Assembly: GCA_951406725.2 (NCBI GenBank) | Contig: OX597825.1 | Location: 30,628,001-30,692,000, forward strand | DNA: 64,000 bases | Direction: 5' to 3' | Source of the DNA: Octopus vulgaris | Taxonomy: Eukaryota | Shown here: in pieces, positions 1 to 13,660 of the stretch | Layout of the letters: the number at the start of each line of letters is the position of its first letter | Numbering within the stretch: the first letter of the stretch is position 1 | Translations under genes and position numbers: made by a program | Notes under the pieces: generated by a model | Database searches by the model: none | The model's input: the letters and a program-made list of their open reading frames with translations, nothing else | Told to the model about the DNA's origin: nothing

Positions 1-22
1 TGTATATATGAATATATATACG

Positions 23-410
23 GAGACCTATTGAGTCAAATACGTCAACACCAGCATCAAACTAAAAATCAAATGGAAATTGTAGTTAAGATACCCGTGC
101 CAGTGACACGTAAAAAGCACCGTCCGAAAGTGGCAGATGCCAGCGCAGCCTGACTGGCATCCGTGTCGGTGGCACGTAAAAGCACCAAACGATCATGGCC
201 ATTTGCCAGCCTCCTCTGGCCCCTGTGCCGGTGGCATGTAAAAAGCACCCACTACACTCACGCAGTGGTTGGCGTTAGGAAGGGCATCCAGCTGTAGAAA
301 CACTGCCAGATCAGACTGGAGCCTGGTGCAGCCTCCTGGCTTCCCAGACCCTGGTCAAACTGTCCAACCCATGCTAGAGTAGAAAACGGACGATGATGAT
401 GATGATGATG
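23..410 (+). mobile_element. RTE-LINE 3'-tail repeat (SINE-like), ending in (GAT)n
   Basis: Repeated GCACGTAAAAAGCACC units, GGCGTTAGGAAGGGCATCCAGCTGTAGAAA and CCAACCCATGCTAG...(GAT)n; the same tail ends the RTE remnant at 57688-59458. Confidence 0.8.
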
Positions 411-681
411 TTAATGCAATTGAAACAATTGTTGGATTTTTAAGGTGTGGTCTAAAATAATGAAATGATTTACTTCATACACATTATTGATTGTTGTTAA
501 TACTCCGAATTTCTTAAAATTATGCATACATATTGTTGGATTTATTTGCCATAATTGAAGATTTACCTGGGATTTGTACTCTACATACACTTACTGGTAT
601 CAGCTTTTTGGAAATTTAACCTCATTCTTTTATACTGATACTTAATATCTGCCAAGATTCTTTAATCCCATTTTTCCATAT

Positions 682-1000
<319 letters not shown>

Positions 1001-1634
1001 TGTATGTTATCACATACATCAAAATGACTAAATCCGCTCCCCCCCCCCGGGACTCATTCCATTGGATATTACTCACAGATCACAAATATAACACTTTGTT
1101 TAATGACCCATCTGAATTCACTTACACCAGCTTGATCGAATTTAACATGCCAGCATCACCAATTAGATCAGCAGTTTTAAAACTTCCTGCTGCTTATTCG
1201 TGCACTCAAGCTAATCACCAGTTCTGTAAATTTGGTTCTAATTTTCATTGCTGATTTCTTCATGATTACTTATTTAGATTCATTAAGAACTAGTCAGACG
1301 TATACAATGTTTCCTCAAAGTCTGGAATTACAATTGATTTCTTTTTCTTTTTTTTTTTTTTGTCTTTTTAATACAATAACATATATTGACTGACAATATG
1401 TTGTAAAATTTGTTTAATTTTATCAGCATAATCATGCCAATTCTTGTGGTTCTTGGTATTAAAGACTTCAATATTTGATATGAATACTTAATATGATAAT
1501 AGTAAGTTGGCAGAAATGGAATACTACAATACACTGTGTTGTGATGTTTTCTTATTTTACTTGTATGGTTTTAGTTCAAATCTTGACAGGATTGGGTTTT
1601 GCTAGTCTTGTATTTAATGTTATTAGTACAATAC

Positions 1635-1639
<5 letters not shown>

Positions 1640-1681
<42 letters not shown>

Positions 1682-1807
1682 CTTGTATCTGTCTGCATCT
1701 CTATTTTTATATATATGTGTATATGTATATATATATGTATATGTATGTATAGCTATATATATATATGTATATGTATGTATATATATCTATATCTATATAT
1801 ATATATA

Positions 1808-1888
<81 letters not shown>

Positions 1889-1920
1889 TATGTATATTAT
1901 TATTATTATTATTATCATCA
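1640..1920. repeat. (TG)n/(TA)n/(TAT)n microsatellite block
   Basis: Directly visible. Confidence 0.97.
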
Positions 1921-2071
1921 TTATTTAAATCAGTTTGATTCACCTCCACGTGACTTAAAGTTTTGCAACCTTCTTACAGAAACCTAACACAATCAGGCAA
2001 GATATATATAAAGCGGACGTTAAACGATGATGTTGATGAAGATGATGAAGATGATATATATATATATATAT

Positions 2072-2900
2072 AAGGTGTTCTGAATAAACTGTTGTTTAAA
2101 TCATGTAAAAATGAAAATAATTCTAACATCTCATTTTAACACATATTTACAAAAATTACATAAAAATATCTGGAAATAATACAGAGTAAATTTATTCAAT
2201 AAAATTGACATTGGAAACAACCAGGGCCTCAAGACAACTTCAGAATCTCCTGCAATTATTCTGGACAGTCTTCCTTGTTTAAGTTGATGAATGGTGTTAC
2301 AAGGAGTTTTGTTGGACTCTTACCAACTGCAGCCCATGCATGGTAACTAAAATGGTTGCAGTCTGAGGAGTTAGGTGGCCAGATGCTAGGGATGATGTAG
2401 TCGCAGAAATTGTCTCACAGCCATGACTGGGTTCTCCTGCTTATGTAGCATGGGGCAGAGTCATGGTGCAGAGTTATGGTGCCAGACATAGGGTCTTCCA
2501 GCAGCCACCCTCTTTACCCAGGGCAACACTACCTCCTCCAGGCACTTGATGTAGGACTCCATGTTGAGTGTGAGACTGTGTGGGAAGATGAACGGAGGAA
2601 TAATGTTGTCATCACTAGTGATCACTCCTATCATCATGATGTTAACTCGATGTTTGATTTTTATCAGTCTCGGTACATGTCCTCAGGTTCATACCCAAAC
2701 ACTCTGAAATGTTCATACTGGAGCTTCCGGTGTGAATGCCAAGCAGAACAGGATGTCGTTTCCAAATTTCTAGCAGAGTGAATTGTGTCATGGTGCTGTT
2801 TCTCTCACAGACTGTGCCCAACTGACCCTACTATACTGTGTAGTCGACAAAATCAAAATCAAACAATGCACATGCACGAAATTAAAAATATAAAATGGTG
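2072..2900 (-). mobile_element. Decayed, internally deleted Tc1/mariner-superfamily transposon, DD37D (maT)-type
   Basis: Minus strand gives IPPFIFPHSLTLNMESYIKCLEEVVLPWVKRVAAGRPYVW and DSAPCYISRRTQSWL*DNFCDYIIPSIWPPNSSDCNHFSY (decayed WPPNSPDxNPLDY; spacing fits D37D). Confidence 0.85.
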
Positions 2901-4529
2901 ACACACACGCACACACACACACACACACACACAGTCTTTGGTGAGCAATAGCATCAGAAGATGCAGATTTTCAGCTCAAGTAATCACAGGTTCTCTGCAT
3001 TTCTGATTTTCTGATGATGAGAGTGATAAAGGATTCTCTGCATAGTTCAGGGGGAACAAATATCACACAGGGTAATTTTTATTAAAGAAACAATGGTCTT
3101 TTGGCTTCCTTGGGGCCGTTTATGATGTTTGCTGAAAGATATACATATACCTGCATTACATATGTTTATGTGTGTGGGTGTGTGCATGTGTGTGTGTGTG
3201 TGTTTGTGTGTGTGTCATTCACCTACAGTAGTAGTTGAATAATATTCTTAAGGCCGCAATTTACTCACATGCTGCATCTTTCAGAGCTTGTCGCCAATTC
3301 AGTTCTTAATCAAATTGTAAACCGTTAACATTTTTGAAGAGGACTGGTCCTTAGCTACATTTTGGCATAAAAGAATTTAGATTTGATCCAGTAGAAAAAA
3401 GTTTACATCAAAATATGTAGCAACATTATAGGAGATTAAGTAACGCCACCAATCAAGTTTAGATCTGAATAACTTTTTTATGCTAAAAGCAAAATATATT
3501 TATCTTAGCTTTAATGATAGAAGAAAGCATAAAGAATTTCATATCAAAAAGTTATGAAGTAGAATATCATGAAAAAAATGTAAGGCAAAAAATTGGATCT
3601 AAGTATAATTAACTTTTTTATTTTGAAAACAAATTATATTTTAATTAAGTTTAAATGATAGAGCTCAATTCACAGGACAACTCATTACATCTGGTAAAGT
3701 ACAGAACAAGAAAATTTTTACTTAGAATATTGCAACTAGGGATGAAAGCTGAAAATCAAAACTTATTTGATTTTAATTTACAAAGTAGCGATATGATTAA
3801 AAAAGGTACCATCATTTTGTCAAAATATTGACACACTGTAATACTTAAAAAATGAGTGCCAGTAGTACCAATATAACTAAAGTTTTATGCAAAGTAGAAT
3901 AGTATATATGGAAGATAAATTCATTATGAAAAAATAGGCATTGGGTCAAGACTAAAAATGTGAAGACTTGGCAATAGCTTAGGCAAATTTTACTGTGAAT
4001 TTGTTATTATAAATAGATTTTACTGTAATATATAACTAATTTTTTTATTATTCTATTTATCATACTAACTAATTATGTACTACTATTATTTTTTATAACC
4101 TATTTTCAAATTTCTAATTATTAATGAATAATTGAAAAAAATGAATTTTTTTAAAGTGCATAAAATATTTTAATTGAGTTATTTTTTATTTTTAATAGAA
4201 GCTATTTTTTTATTTTTAATAGAATAACAAATAGAAGTAATAATTTGTAATAAAATTTTTAGTTTTAATAAAAGCTAATATTTTCTAAATGTAAATATTT
4301 TATTTGAAATTTTATCCATAGCTGCAATATTTTAAGTAGAAATTTTCTTGTTCTGTACTTTACCAGATATAATAACTTGTCCAGAACTTTTTCAAGTGTT
4401 ATAATTTGTCATCTACTTTTCCAGGTCTATATTCTTAAGAATATTATTTCTTTTGCTCACATTTTTTCATGTAGTATATATATATTTAGATAGACAAATC
4501 GATAGATAGATAGATATATACATACATAC

Positions 4530-4575
<46 letters not shown>

Positions 4576-4580
4576 TTGTG

Positions 4581-4633
<53 letters not shown>

Positions 4634-5269
4634 CTGTGCATGTGTGTATATAAGTATTTGTATATGTATGTATGTATGTATGAATGTAATGATTTAACAA
4701 GTTTTAAGTAACTACAAGAAAATAGATTGTTCCTCTCCTTCTCTTTTTGTGCAGACATGAAATGGGATGTCTATTTTATTGTATTTTAAGCTATACTTTT
4801 TCTTCTTTCATTCTTATCTAGTCACTTTCGTGTTGCATATCTAGATATTGGTGCCAATTCCATAATTTACTTTGAAGAATAAGAAGTTTGAAGATAAACT
4901 AATGCATAGTGGTGAAGATTATCCTCCTTTAAGAGTAGTTTGAACGAATACCAGTTCAAAATTAAACAGAGTTCATACATTTTTTTACATCTGTTTTTCC
5001 ATGCTAGCAGGTTAGATGTATGTTTTATTGAAGTAATGCTCTCCAGGTTAATACCCATCCCCTCTCTCTTTCCTCTCCCTCATGCTCTATCTTTTACTTG
5101 GTGTTCAAGTAAAAGACCACTTATTTCACATATCTTCAACAGTGCAAAATTTGTGGATGGTTTGTTTACAAACTGAATGGTAACTGTCATTGATGGTAGT
5201 TTATGATATTCAAAGAATATGTAAACACATAGACACACACACACACAAGCACGCGTGTGTGTGTGCATA

Positions 5270-6496
5270 TGCCTTGGGTTGGTACATAAATTCATTCATT
5301 TATTTTAATCCTTATTCTTCACCATCAATTTTAACAACTCAGTCTATTTTATTGTTCAAGGTTTCGGGCCAATCTTTCACTAGTTTGTGAATGCCTTGAT
5401 GTTAGACAACTCTGTGTCTTGATCAAAGAATTCATTGAGTCATGTTTTCAGCTCCATGTTTTTAATGAATGGTATGCCTCATAGACTCATAGACAGTTAA
5501 AGATCAACCAAGAATGATAATAATCGGAAGGCATTCTATCAGAAGAATATGTTAGCTACAGTAAAACTTTCTAACCAAGCTCTTGAATAGCATTTTTGGT
5601 CAAATTACCAATGTGGGGGCTAAGCACATTTATCACTAGTCAGGATAGTTCATCTGGATTGCTTTGTTAAGAAGTTCATTTGTTGCTTGTGTAATTTTGC
5701 ATTAATCATTTAGTTGTTTTGAAGTGTTTCATTTTGGATTAGCTATTTCTAGTCCTACCAAGCACCTATCATTGCTTTAAGTGGATGTAGTTACGTCTTA
5801 GGTTGATGTATTGCTTGCTTGCTGACTCAGTCACTTTTTTCCCTATTTCATACTAGCACAAAGACACCCTTTTCTATCACAGGTAATGCTGCAGTGAAGA
5901 AATTTCTGTTTATGTCCATGAGTAGCTTCTTACCAAACAAGCAAGCTAGCAGCCATAGAGAAGCACTGATGTTTGTTCTTTTTGTTCAGAGTGTGTAGAA
6001 TTCATGCACTGAGTTTTTGAACCTTACCTTTCAAGTGAAAGTGATGGGTGATGGTAACATGAAAGCATTCATTTTGCCAGGTCGATTCCTAAATGGATTG
6101 GCATGGTTCATTGTCAATGAACTCATTCAATTGATCCTCACTGAACTGAACAAGCCGACCTGAACACTAAGAGTTTGAGGTTGAATTTCCCCTCCTTGAA
6201 ATATGAATACAATTTTTGTGCAGTTCTTTTAGCAATAGTACCTTCTCCATACACAGCACAAATGTCTCAAGTGGTTTTGGCAGGTTTGGAACCTTAAAAG
6301 AAAGCAAAAAGAAGGAACAGATGTTGAAAATGCTCACTTGTTTCTATGTGACCCTTAATTGTCATATGTCTGAAAGAAGGAAAGCTTATTCAAATTTCAA
6401 AAACGATAAACAATAGTTGCAGAGGAAGAAAAGAGCTGCAGAAACCCCATAAAGCACTACAATGAAAACATCTTTTTTATACTGATTCAAATAATA
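5270..6496 (-). mobile_element. Heavily decayed near full-length mariner transposon
   Basis: Minus strand EHFQHLFLLFAFF*GSKPAKTT*DICAVYGEGTIAKRTAQK at the N-terminus (~6215-6350) and YSSDRMPSDYYH / ELKT*LNEFFDQ (decayed YSPDLAPSDY) at ~5420-5560; ~1.2 kb. Confidence 0.8.
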
Positions 6497-6514
6497 TTGG
6501 AAAGAAAGGATCAA

Positions 6515-6903
6515 TGTCTGGCTGGCTCCTGCAAACCATCCAGACCATGCCAGTATGGAAGATGGACGTTAAATGATGATGATGATATATATATATATTA
6601 TCATCATCATCATCATCGTTTAACGTCCATTCTCCATGCTAGCATGGGTTGGACGGTTCGACCGGGGATCTGGGAAGCCAGAAGGCTGCACCAGGCTCCG
6701 GTCTTATCTGGCAATGTTTCTACAACTGGATGCCCTTCCTAACGCCAACCACTCCGTGAGTGTAGTGGGTGCTTTTTACGTGCCACCTGCACTAGTGCCA
6801 GGCGAGGCTGGCATCGGCCACGGTCGGATTGGTGTATTTTACATGCCACCTGCACGGAAGCCAGTCGAGGCGGCACTGGCTTCGGCCATGATTCGGATGG
6901 TGC
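6515..6903. mobile_element. Two RTE-tail repeats, tail-to-tail (+ 6515-6586, - 6601-6903)
   Basis: CCATGCCAGTATGGAAGATGGACGTTAAATGATGAT on + and CATCATCGTTTAACGTCCATTCTCCATGCTAGCATGG in the opposite orientation around a (TA)n spacer. Confidence 0.8.
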
Positions 6904-7016
6904 TATATATATATATATAAAACCCTGTCTATGGGCCTAGGCTCTTTATGGATCATGCTCTGACGGACATATATTTAACTACATATAAATACATTACTAC
7001 TCTTTATGTTTTAGAG

Positions 7017-7150
7017 CAGTGTTTCTCAACCTTTTTACCTTTGCGTAACCCTTGGAATAAATTACATATCTCAAGGAACCCTTGCACAAAAAAATTGTAT
7101 ACCATATATTTTTCATATTTTTGTCACCGTAGTTCATGTGGTAAATACAT

Positions 7151-7244
<94 letters not shown>

Positions 7245-7415
7245 ATATATATATATGTATAGATATATATGTATATATATATATATATATATATGATCAT
7301 CATCATATATTAAATATATATTGAAATTAGCATTAGCTTATCTCACTCTTTCAGAACCCTAAGGAACCTATTGCAGAACTCTGGGGTTTCAGAGAACCCT
7401 GGTTGAGAAACGCTG
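7017..7415. mobile_element. Non-autonomous hAT (Charlie-like) MITE
   Basis: TIRs CAGTGTTTCTCAACC / GGTTGAGAAACGCTG (14/15); 8-bp TSD TTTTAGAG / CTTTAGAG; internal (CA)n(TA)n. Confidence 0.9.
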
Positions 7416-7454
7416 CTTTAGAGAGTGCTTCTGTTTGGATATAAGATACATTGA

Positions 7455-7494
<40 letters not shown>

Positions 7495-7650
7495 TCGCCT
7501 TCTCACATGTAGCTGCTCTCAGTTACCATTTAGTAATTGTTACACACCCCTTAGAGGCAGAGATAATTTTCATAAATCAAGAATTCATTTTATATGTATT
7601 TATCTGTAGCCTTCCTCCACATGCCACTGGCCACTCTGAGCAAGCTATGT

Positions 7651-7810
7651 TAGCCCTTTTGTCATCATAGTTCTGTTGAAATGGACTTTGTTTTAATTAA
7701 TTTTGAAAATAATGAATAATTTAGTAAAAGAACACTGCCATTATTAATCAGGTTCTTGAAAATTAAATTAACTTGAAATTTTGACAGAAGATTTCAATTT
7801 AGGTTATCTC
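7651..7810 (+). mobile_element. End fragment of a piggyBac-like MITE (second copy on - at ~55045-55215)
   Basis: Begins TTAGCCC (decayed TTAA-CCC); shares AATTAATTTTGAAAA and GCCATTATTAA blocks with the reverse complement of 55045-55215. Confidence 0.45.
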
Positions 7811-8339
7811 ACCTCCTACAACATCACATTCCACCTTACATTACTAACACTTTTGAAAAGGCATGACCAGGCGATTCCATTTCAAGTATAGGCACAGACA
7901 TGGCTGTGTGGTCAAGAAGTTTTCTCCCTAATTATATGGTCTGGGGTTCATTCATGAGTTTTCTACAATAGTCCCCGAACAACCAAATCTTTGTGAATTA
8001 ATTTCATAGACAGCAACCAAAAGAAGTCCATCATATGTGCATGTGTGTATGTGTGTATGCATGCATGTGTGTAAGTGAGTTCACATTTCCTTCACTGGTT
8101 TTTAAACAATGACTTCTTATTGGTGTCATGTGTTTGCAATCCACTGTGAAAGCAAGTCTTGGCTATTTGCTGTTGAAATAGACCAAGAGATTATTTCCTA
8201 AGAGAGAGTCAGTTACAGGAAGTACATCTGGCAACAGAAAAACTCTGACCCAACATTCTTTCAAGGAAAAATAGATATTAATGCTTTGCTGTCCAAAGCA
8301 TTTTCTGGGGAGAGTCATTATTTTCTTTTTGTGCCTTAT

Positions 8340-8351
8340 AATGATGATGAC

Positions 8352-8395
<44 letters not shown>

Positions 8396-8466
8396 CGACG
8401 ACGACGACGACGACGACGACGATGATGATGATGATGATAATGATGATGATGATGAGGATGAGGATG

Positions 8467-8497
<31 letters not shown>

Positions 8498-8636
8498 CGA
8501 TGATGATGATGACGACGACGACGATGATGATGATGATGATGATGATGACGATGATGATGATGATGACGACGACGACGATGATGATGATGATGATGATGAT
8601 GACGACGACGATGATGATGATGATGATGATGATGAC

Positions 8637-8671
<35 letters not shown>

Positions 8672-8678
8672 CGACGAC

Positions 8679-8731
<53 letters not shown>

Positions 8732-8765
8732 GGATGAGGATGAGGATGAGGATGAGGATGATGAT
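8340..8765. repeat. Long (GAT)n/(GAC)n/(GAGGAT)n microsatellite
   Basis: Directly visible; source of the poly-D/M/H ORFs. Confidence 0.97.
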
Positions 8766-9804
8766 TCTGTTCTTTGTCTGCCTCTTTTGATCTACTACCC
8801 TCTACTCTTCCTTCCATAACATTTTCCAAACTTCTGCTTCTTCAAATGTAATTCTTTAACACACTCACCGGTAAAATTTCCACTTATTTCTTATTTCTAT
8901 TTTCCAAAAAAACTTTCGTTGCATCTTGCAACCTTTTCAATAGTCTTGACTCTCATTTTCATTAGTTTGTCCTAAATGTCCTAAATATCCATGCTTGTCT
9001 TCAGACTTTTAGTTAACCTTTGTTTCACATGTTCTGAGTTATATTAAAGTTTTCCTTTCATAAGTTTCAAGTTACTCTGGTGGTTGAAAAGAACCAGGAA
9101 TGTGTATTATAAAGGATGCATGGATGACAGAGAAATATGTTCTGTATTTGACACGTGATTCACAGCAAATGCAAAGGGTTAAGACTATAATGATGATGAT
9201 GCTTACGATGATGATGATGATGACAATGATGTCAATATGACTTTAACAATGGCTGTATTGATTCATTTTGAATATTCTGAAAAACAAAACAAAACAAAAG
9301 CTCAAACAGAACTTAGACTTATTCTGTTTGATTTAGAAAATCAAATTTCTTCATATAATGGATGATCCACAAAATTTGAATATTTTGAATTAGTTGTAAT
9401 CTAAAAGAATCAAATAGTTATTTCATGTTTATCCTCTTCTGTTTGATGTCCATTTAAGCTTTAATTAAGTGGTTGTAAACATATTTATTGTTTGAAATAT
9501 TAACTAGTTTAAAGTAGATTCAAATGTACAGTGACAGAAAAAAATGACAATACACAATGACTAATGTACATTTTTAGCTTTCCCTTGAAGCGCAGAAATT
9601 AATCTGATATACATTAAAATAAAATATATAATTATGGATACATAATAAACACATTTATAGTATTTGATATCCTGATATCATGACTGATCACTTGATTCCC
9701 GTCAAATAAAAAAAAATGATATTTTAAACAAAAACTTCTCTGTGTTTTATGAGAAAAAACAAATACTTAACTGAAAATGAAATGATGATTATAATGTTCA
9801 TTTA

Positions 9805-10043
9805 TTCTGAATGCATTTGAAATGTGGGTGTATAGGAGAATGTTACAAGTCTCTTACATGAATTATTGGATGAATAAACGGGTTGTTATGACAAGTAGAT
9901 GAAAGGTGACAACTCTTGAACATTGGGGAAAAAAACAAAAGCTCATCTATTATGATTACATTTGAAGAAGCAGAAGTTTGGAAAATATTATCATGGAAGG
10001 AAGAGTAGAGGGTAGGAGATCAAAAGAGGCAGACAAAGAACAG
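9805..10043 (+). mobile_element. RTE (BovB-like) LINE C-terminal remnant
   Basis: AFEMWVYRRMLQVSY and LENIIMEGRVEGRRS match the RTE AFEMWCYRRML and GKVEGKRGRGR motifs. Confidence 0.75.
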
Positions 10044-10087
10044 AATCATCATCATGATCATCATCGTCGTCGTCGTCGTCGTCGTCG

Positions 10088-10132
<45 letters not shown>

Positions 10133-10142
10133 CCATCATCAC

Positions 10143-10185
<43 letters not shown>

Positions 10186-10249
10186 GTCATCGTCGTCATC
10201 ATCATCATCATCATCATCATCATCGTCATCGTCATCATCATCATCGTCG

Positions 10250-10296
<47 letters not shown>

Positions 10297-10322
10297 GTCA
10301 TCATCGTCATCATCATCATCAT
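10044..10322. repeat. (CAT)n/(CGT)n microsatellite
   Basis: Directly visible. Confidence 0.97.
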
Positions 10323-10540
10323 CGTTTAACGTCCGTTTTCCATGCTAGCATGGGTTGGATGGTTCGACCCGGGGTCTGGGAAGCCAGGAGGCTGCACCAG
10401 GCTCCAGTTTGATCTGGCAGTGTTTCTACAGCTGGATAACCCTTCCTAACGCCAACCACTCCATGAGTGTAGTGGGTGCTTTTTACGTGCTACCGACACA
10501 GGTGCCAGGGGAGGCTGGCAACGGCCACGATTGGTTGGTG
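10323..10540 (-). mobile_element. RTE-tail repeat
   Basis: CGTTTAACGTCCGTTTTCCATGCTAGCATGGGTTGG...CCCTTCCTAACGCCAACCACTCC, same family as 23-410. Confidence 0.85.
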
Positions 10541-10671
10541 TGGAAAAAATCATGAGCTGGCTGCACAAAAATGGCAAGGCAGTTGGAGGACTTGGTCTTA
10601 ATCGGAAAATTTTCGTTGTGTCATTAATGCACTACACATGTACAAAACATGACACTGCCAAATGTTCAGTT

Positions 10672-10890
10672 CTCTCTCTATCCGCTCAGTCGAAGTCGAC
10701 TCTCGTTCACTCGTTGGATCAGTGTCCTCCAGTCAGTTCAATCCTGGGTCGCTTCTTTCAGATTGGCTATGTCCATTCCGGTATCACTCTTGTGTCAAGC
10801 CAGCGGGTTCTTGGTCGGCCTCTTCCTCTCTTGCCACTGACCATTCCAAGCATGATGTCCTTCTCCAGGGATTTTCTCCGCATAATATGA
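10672..10890 (-). mobile_element. 5'-truncated RTE/BovB-like LINE 3' end with TSD
   Basis: Minus strand GHIMRRKSLEKDIMLGMVSGKRGRGRPRTRWLD; flanked by perfect 14-bp direct repeat CCAAATGTTCAGTT (10658-10671, 10891-10904). Confidence 0.9.
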
Positions 10891-11060
10891 CCAAATGTTC
10901 AGTTAGGGACCTAACAAACTACAGTAATAATATAGCATGCTGAAAATCCCTAATAATATCTGCCTGTAGGTTTCAAGTCATATCTATTTGTTCAGTTTTA
11001 TTAAATTTCAAATATACAGACAAATGACAAATATTCAGCTTTAATATATAAATGTATACA

Positions 11061-11450
11061 GCCCAGGAGTGGCTGTGTGGTAAGTAGCTTGCTTGTCAGC
11101 CACATGGTTCCGGGTTCAGTCCCACTGCGTGGCACCTCGGGCAAGTGTCTTCTACTATAGCCTCAGGCTGACCAGAGCTTTGTGAGTGGATTTGGTAGAC
11201 GGAAACTGAAAGAAGCCTGTCATATATATGTATATGTATTTATATGTGTGTGTGTTTGTATGTCTGTGTTTGTTCCCAACATCGCTTGACAACTGATGCT
11301 GGTGTGTTTACGTTCCCGTAACTTAGTGGTTCGGCAAAAAGAGACCGATAGAATAAGAACCAGGCTTACAAAGAATAAGTCCTGTGGTCGATTTGCTCAA
11401 CTAAAGGTGGTGCTCCAGCATGACTGAAACAAGTAAAAGAGTAAAGAGAG
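11061..11450 (+). mobile_element. tRNA-derived SINE family A, full length
   Basis: A box TGGCTGTGTGG, B box GGGTTCAGTCCC, central (TA/TG)n, tail TGACTGAAACAAGTAAAAGAG; several copies in the window. Confidence 0.9.
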
Positions 11451-11838
11451 ATATGTATGTATGTATGTATCATCATCATCATTGTCATCAATATCATCAT
11501 TTTAACATCCAAATTTTCTATCTTTGCCTGGGTCAGATGGAATTCATATTCATTGACATGATACTCTTTTGCCATCATTTCTGTTGCCAACCCCCTCCTG
11601 TTTCCAAGCAAGATCAGGTTTTCTCATGACCAGACATGTTTTCATAGAAGAGAGGAAAGGATCAACATTGCTTGTAAGACAGTGACACCTGTTTACAGCT
11701 AGCTTGCAAAGTCAAAACAATGTACGTGTCAAAACACACACGCACATACACATTGGAACTGAACCTGCAAACAGGTGATTTGGAACTTCCTAACTAGACT
11801 GCCATGCCTGCATCTTACATATATATATATATATATAT

Positions 11839-12093
11839 AAATTAGAGAAATACCACTATTATGTAATTCAAACAATGATAGACATAAACCATATCATAAA
11901 GAAAAAATATAATATATTATAAAATATATAACTAGATCACACGTAGTCTTTTTACTAATTATATATTGTTTGTTCATTTTTTTGTACTTTTTGTGATCTA
12001 GTTATATATTTTATAATATATTATATTTTTTCTTTATGATTCGGTTTATGTCTATCATTGTTTGAATTACATAATAGTGGTTTTTTTCTAATT
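11839..12093. repeat. Fold-back element: ~100-bp inverted arms, ~50-bp spacer, next to (TA)n
   Basis: ACCACTATTATGTAATTCAAACAATGATAGACATAAACC...CTAGATCAC mirrored by GTGATCTAG...GGTTTATGTCTATCATTGTTTGAATTACATAATAGTGGT. Confidence 0.9.
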
Positions 12094-12194
12094 TATATGT
12101 ATTATATATTAATGTTGTGAAATTTGATTTAATACTAATTTGAATTTTTCCCTGTAAGTTTGGAGTTATACTCCCTATTATGATTATGATTATG

Positions 12195-12242
<48 letters not shown>

Positions 12243-12249
12243 GTCATCA

Positions 12250-12298
<49 letters not shown>

Positions 12299-12524
12299 AA
12301 TATATATGTATATATATAGATGTATGTTCATATGTATGCATAAGTAAATATATGTATAAATGTATCTACATATGTGTGTGAGCATAGAAAGACAGACACA
12401 CAGCTAGATAGACAGAGAGATCGATAATTGATTTCATTGACCTCAGTACTTAACTGGTATTTATTTTATCAATCCCCAAAAGGATGAAAAGGAAAGTCAA
12501 CCCTGGAGGAATTTGAACTCAGAA

Positions 12525-12790
<266 letters not shown>

Positions 12791-12859
12791 TGAGACAGAC
12801 AGAGAAAGAGAGAGAGAGAGTGGATGTTAGTTATATAAATACTAAACACTCTAAAAGGA

Positions 12860-13030
12860 TGGAACCAATAGAAAAGGGAGAACAAGGAAAATATGGGATG
12901 AAATGGTGAAATTTCATATCAAGAGGCTGAACCTCAAGGAGATGACAAATGACTTGCAAGTGATGAAATTCTGTGTTAGAGAAGCCCCACAAGGATGGGG
13001 AAATAGAACGTTTAAGAAATGATGATAGTA
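12860..13030 (+). mobile_element. Old RTE LINE 3' remnant
   Basis: [28 protein letters not shown] resembles the RTE GRPRKTWDEVV...EMT C-terminus; decayed (GAT)n tail. Confidence 0.6.
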
Positions 13031-13439
13031 GCTCTGATGGATGTGAAAATGTGTGATGTATGTCTTCAGGTTCCTTTTGCCTTTTATGTTCATGTTCAGT
13101 TTCGATGCTACCAACCATATTTATTTCTATCTGCCATTCTCAGTCTCTTTGTTATTCTTTCATCTAACACTTCTCTAACTTTCTCTCTCCCTTTCATCAC
13201 TTTATCTCTCTCCCAAAATGGTGCCAGTGTAGTAAGACATTACATTCAATCTGTCTGCATTCTATGTCCACCGTATCATCCCGTTCATTTGCTTTCCATA
13301 TCTATTTATCTCTCTCCTTCCTTTCTCTCATTCACACACACACACACTCTCTCTCTCTCTCTCACTCTCTCTCTCTTTCTCTTGGTTCCATTCCTGCCTT
13401 TCTCTCCTATAATTCTCTCTCTCTCTCTGTTCCATTCCT

Positions 13440-13660
13440 TCTTTCTTTATTGCCCAGAAGGGGCTAAACATAGAGGGGACAAACAAGGGTTTAAGTCGAT
13501 TAAATCGACCCCACTGCATAACTGGTACTTAATTTATCGACCCCGAAAGGATGAAAGGCAAAGTCAACCTCAAGGGAATTTGAACCCAGAACATAACGGC
13601 AGACGAAATACAGCTACGCATTTCACCCGGCGTGCTAACGTTTCTGCCAGCTCGCCGCCT
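13440..13660 (-). mobile_element. tRNA-derived SINE family B
   Basis: Reverse complement AGGCGGCGAGCTGGCAGAAACGTTAGCACG...GGGTTCAAATTCC...TTTGCCTTTCATCCTTTCGGGGTCGATAAATTAAGTACCAG. Confidence 0.9.

Noticed and set aside
3084-3303. Possible minus-strand spliced exons (LNWRQALKDAA|SNIINGPKEAKRPLFL*)
   Set aside because: GTGAGT donor and TTTCAG acceptor exist, but the upstream piece is closed by a stop and has only a weak acceptor; no recognisable protein
8278-8829. Poly-His/poly-Asp/poly-Met ORFs as a biomineral or metal-binding protein (also 9978-10412, 30684-31035)
   Set aside because: (GAT)n tracts attached to RTE tails; open in several frames on both strands; no signal peptide or exon context
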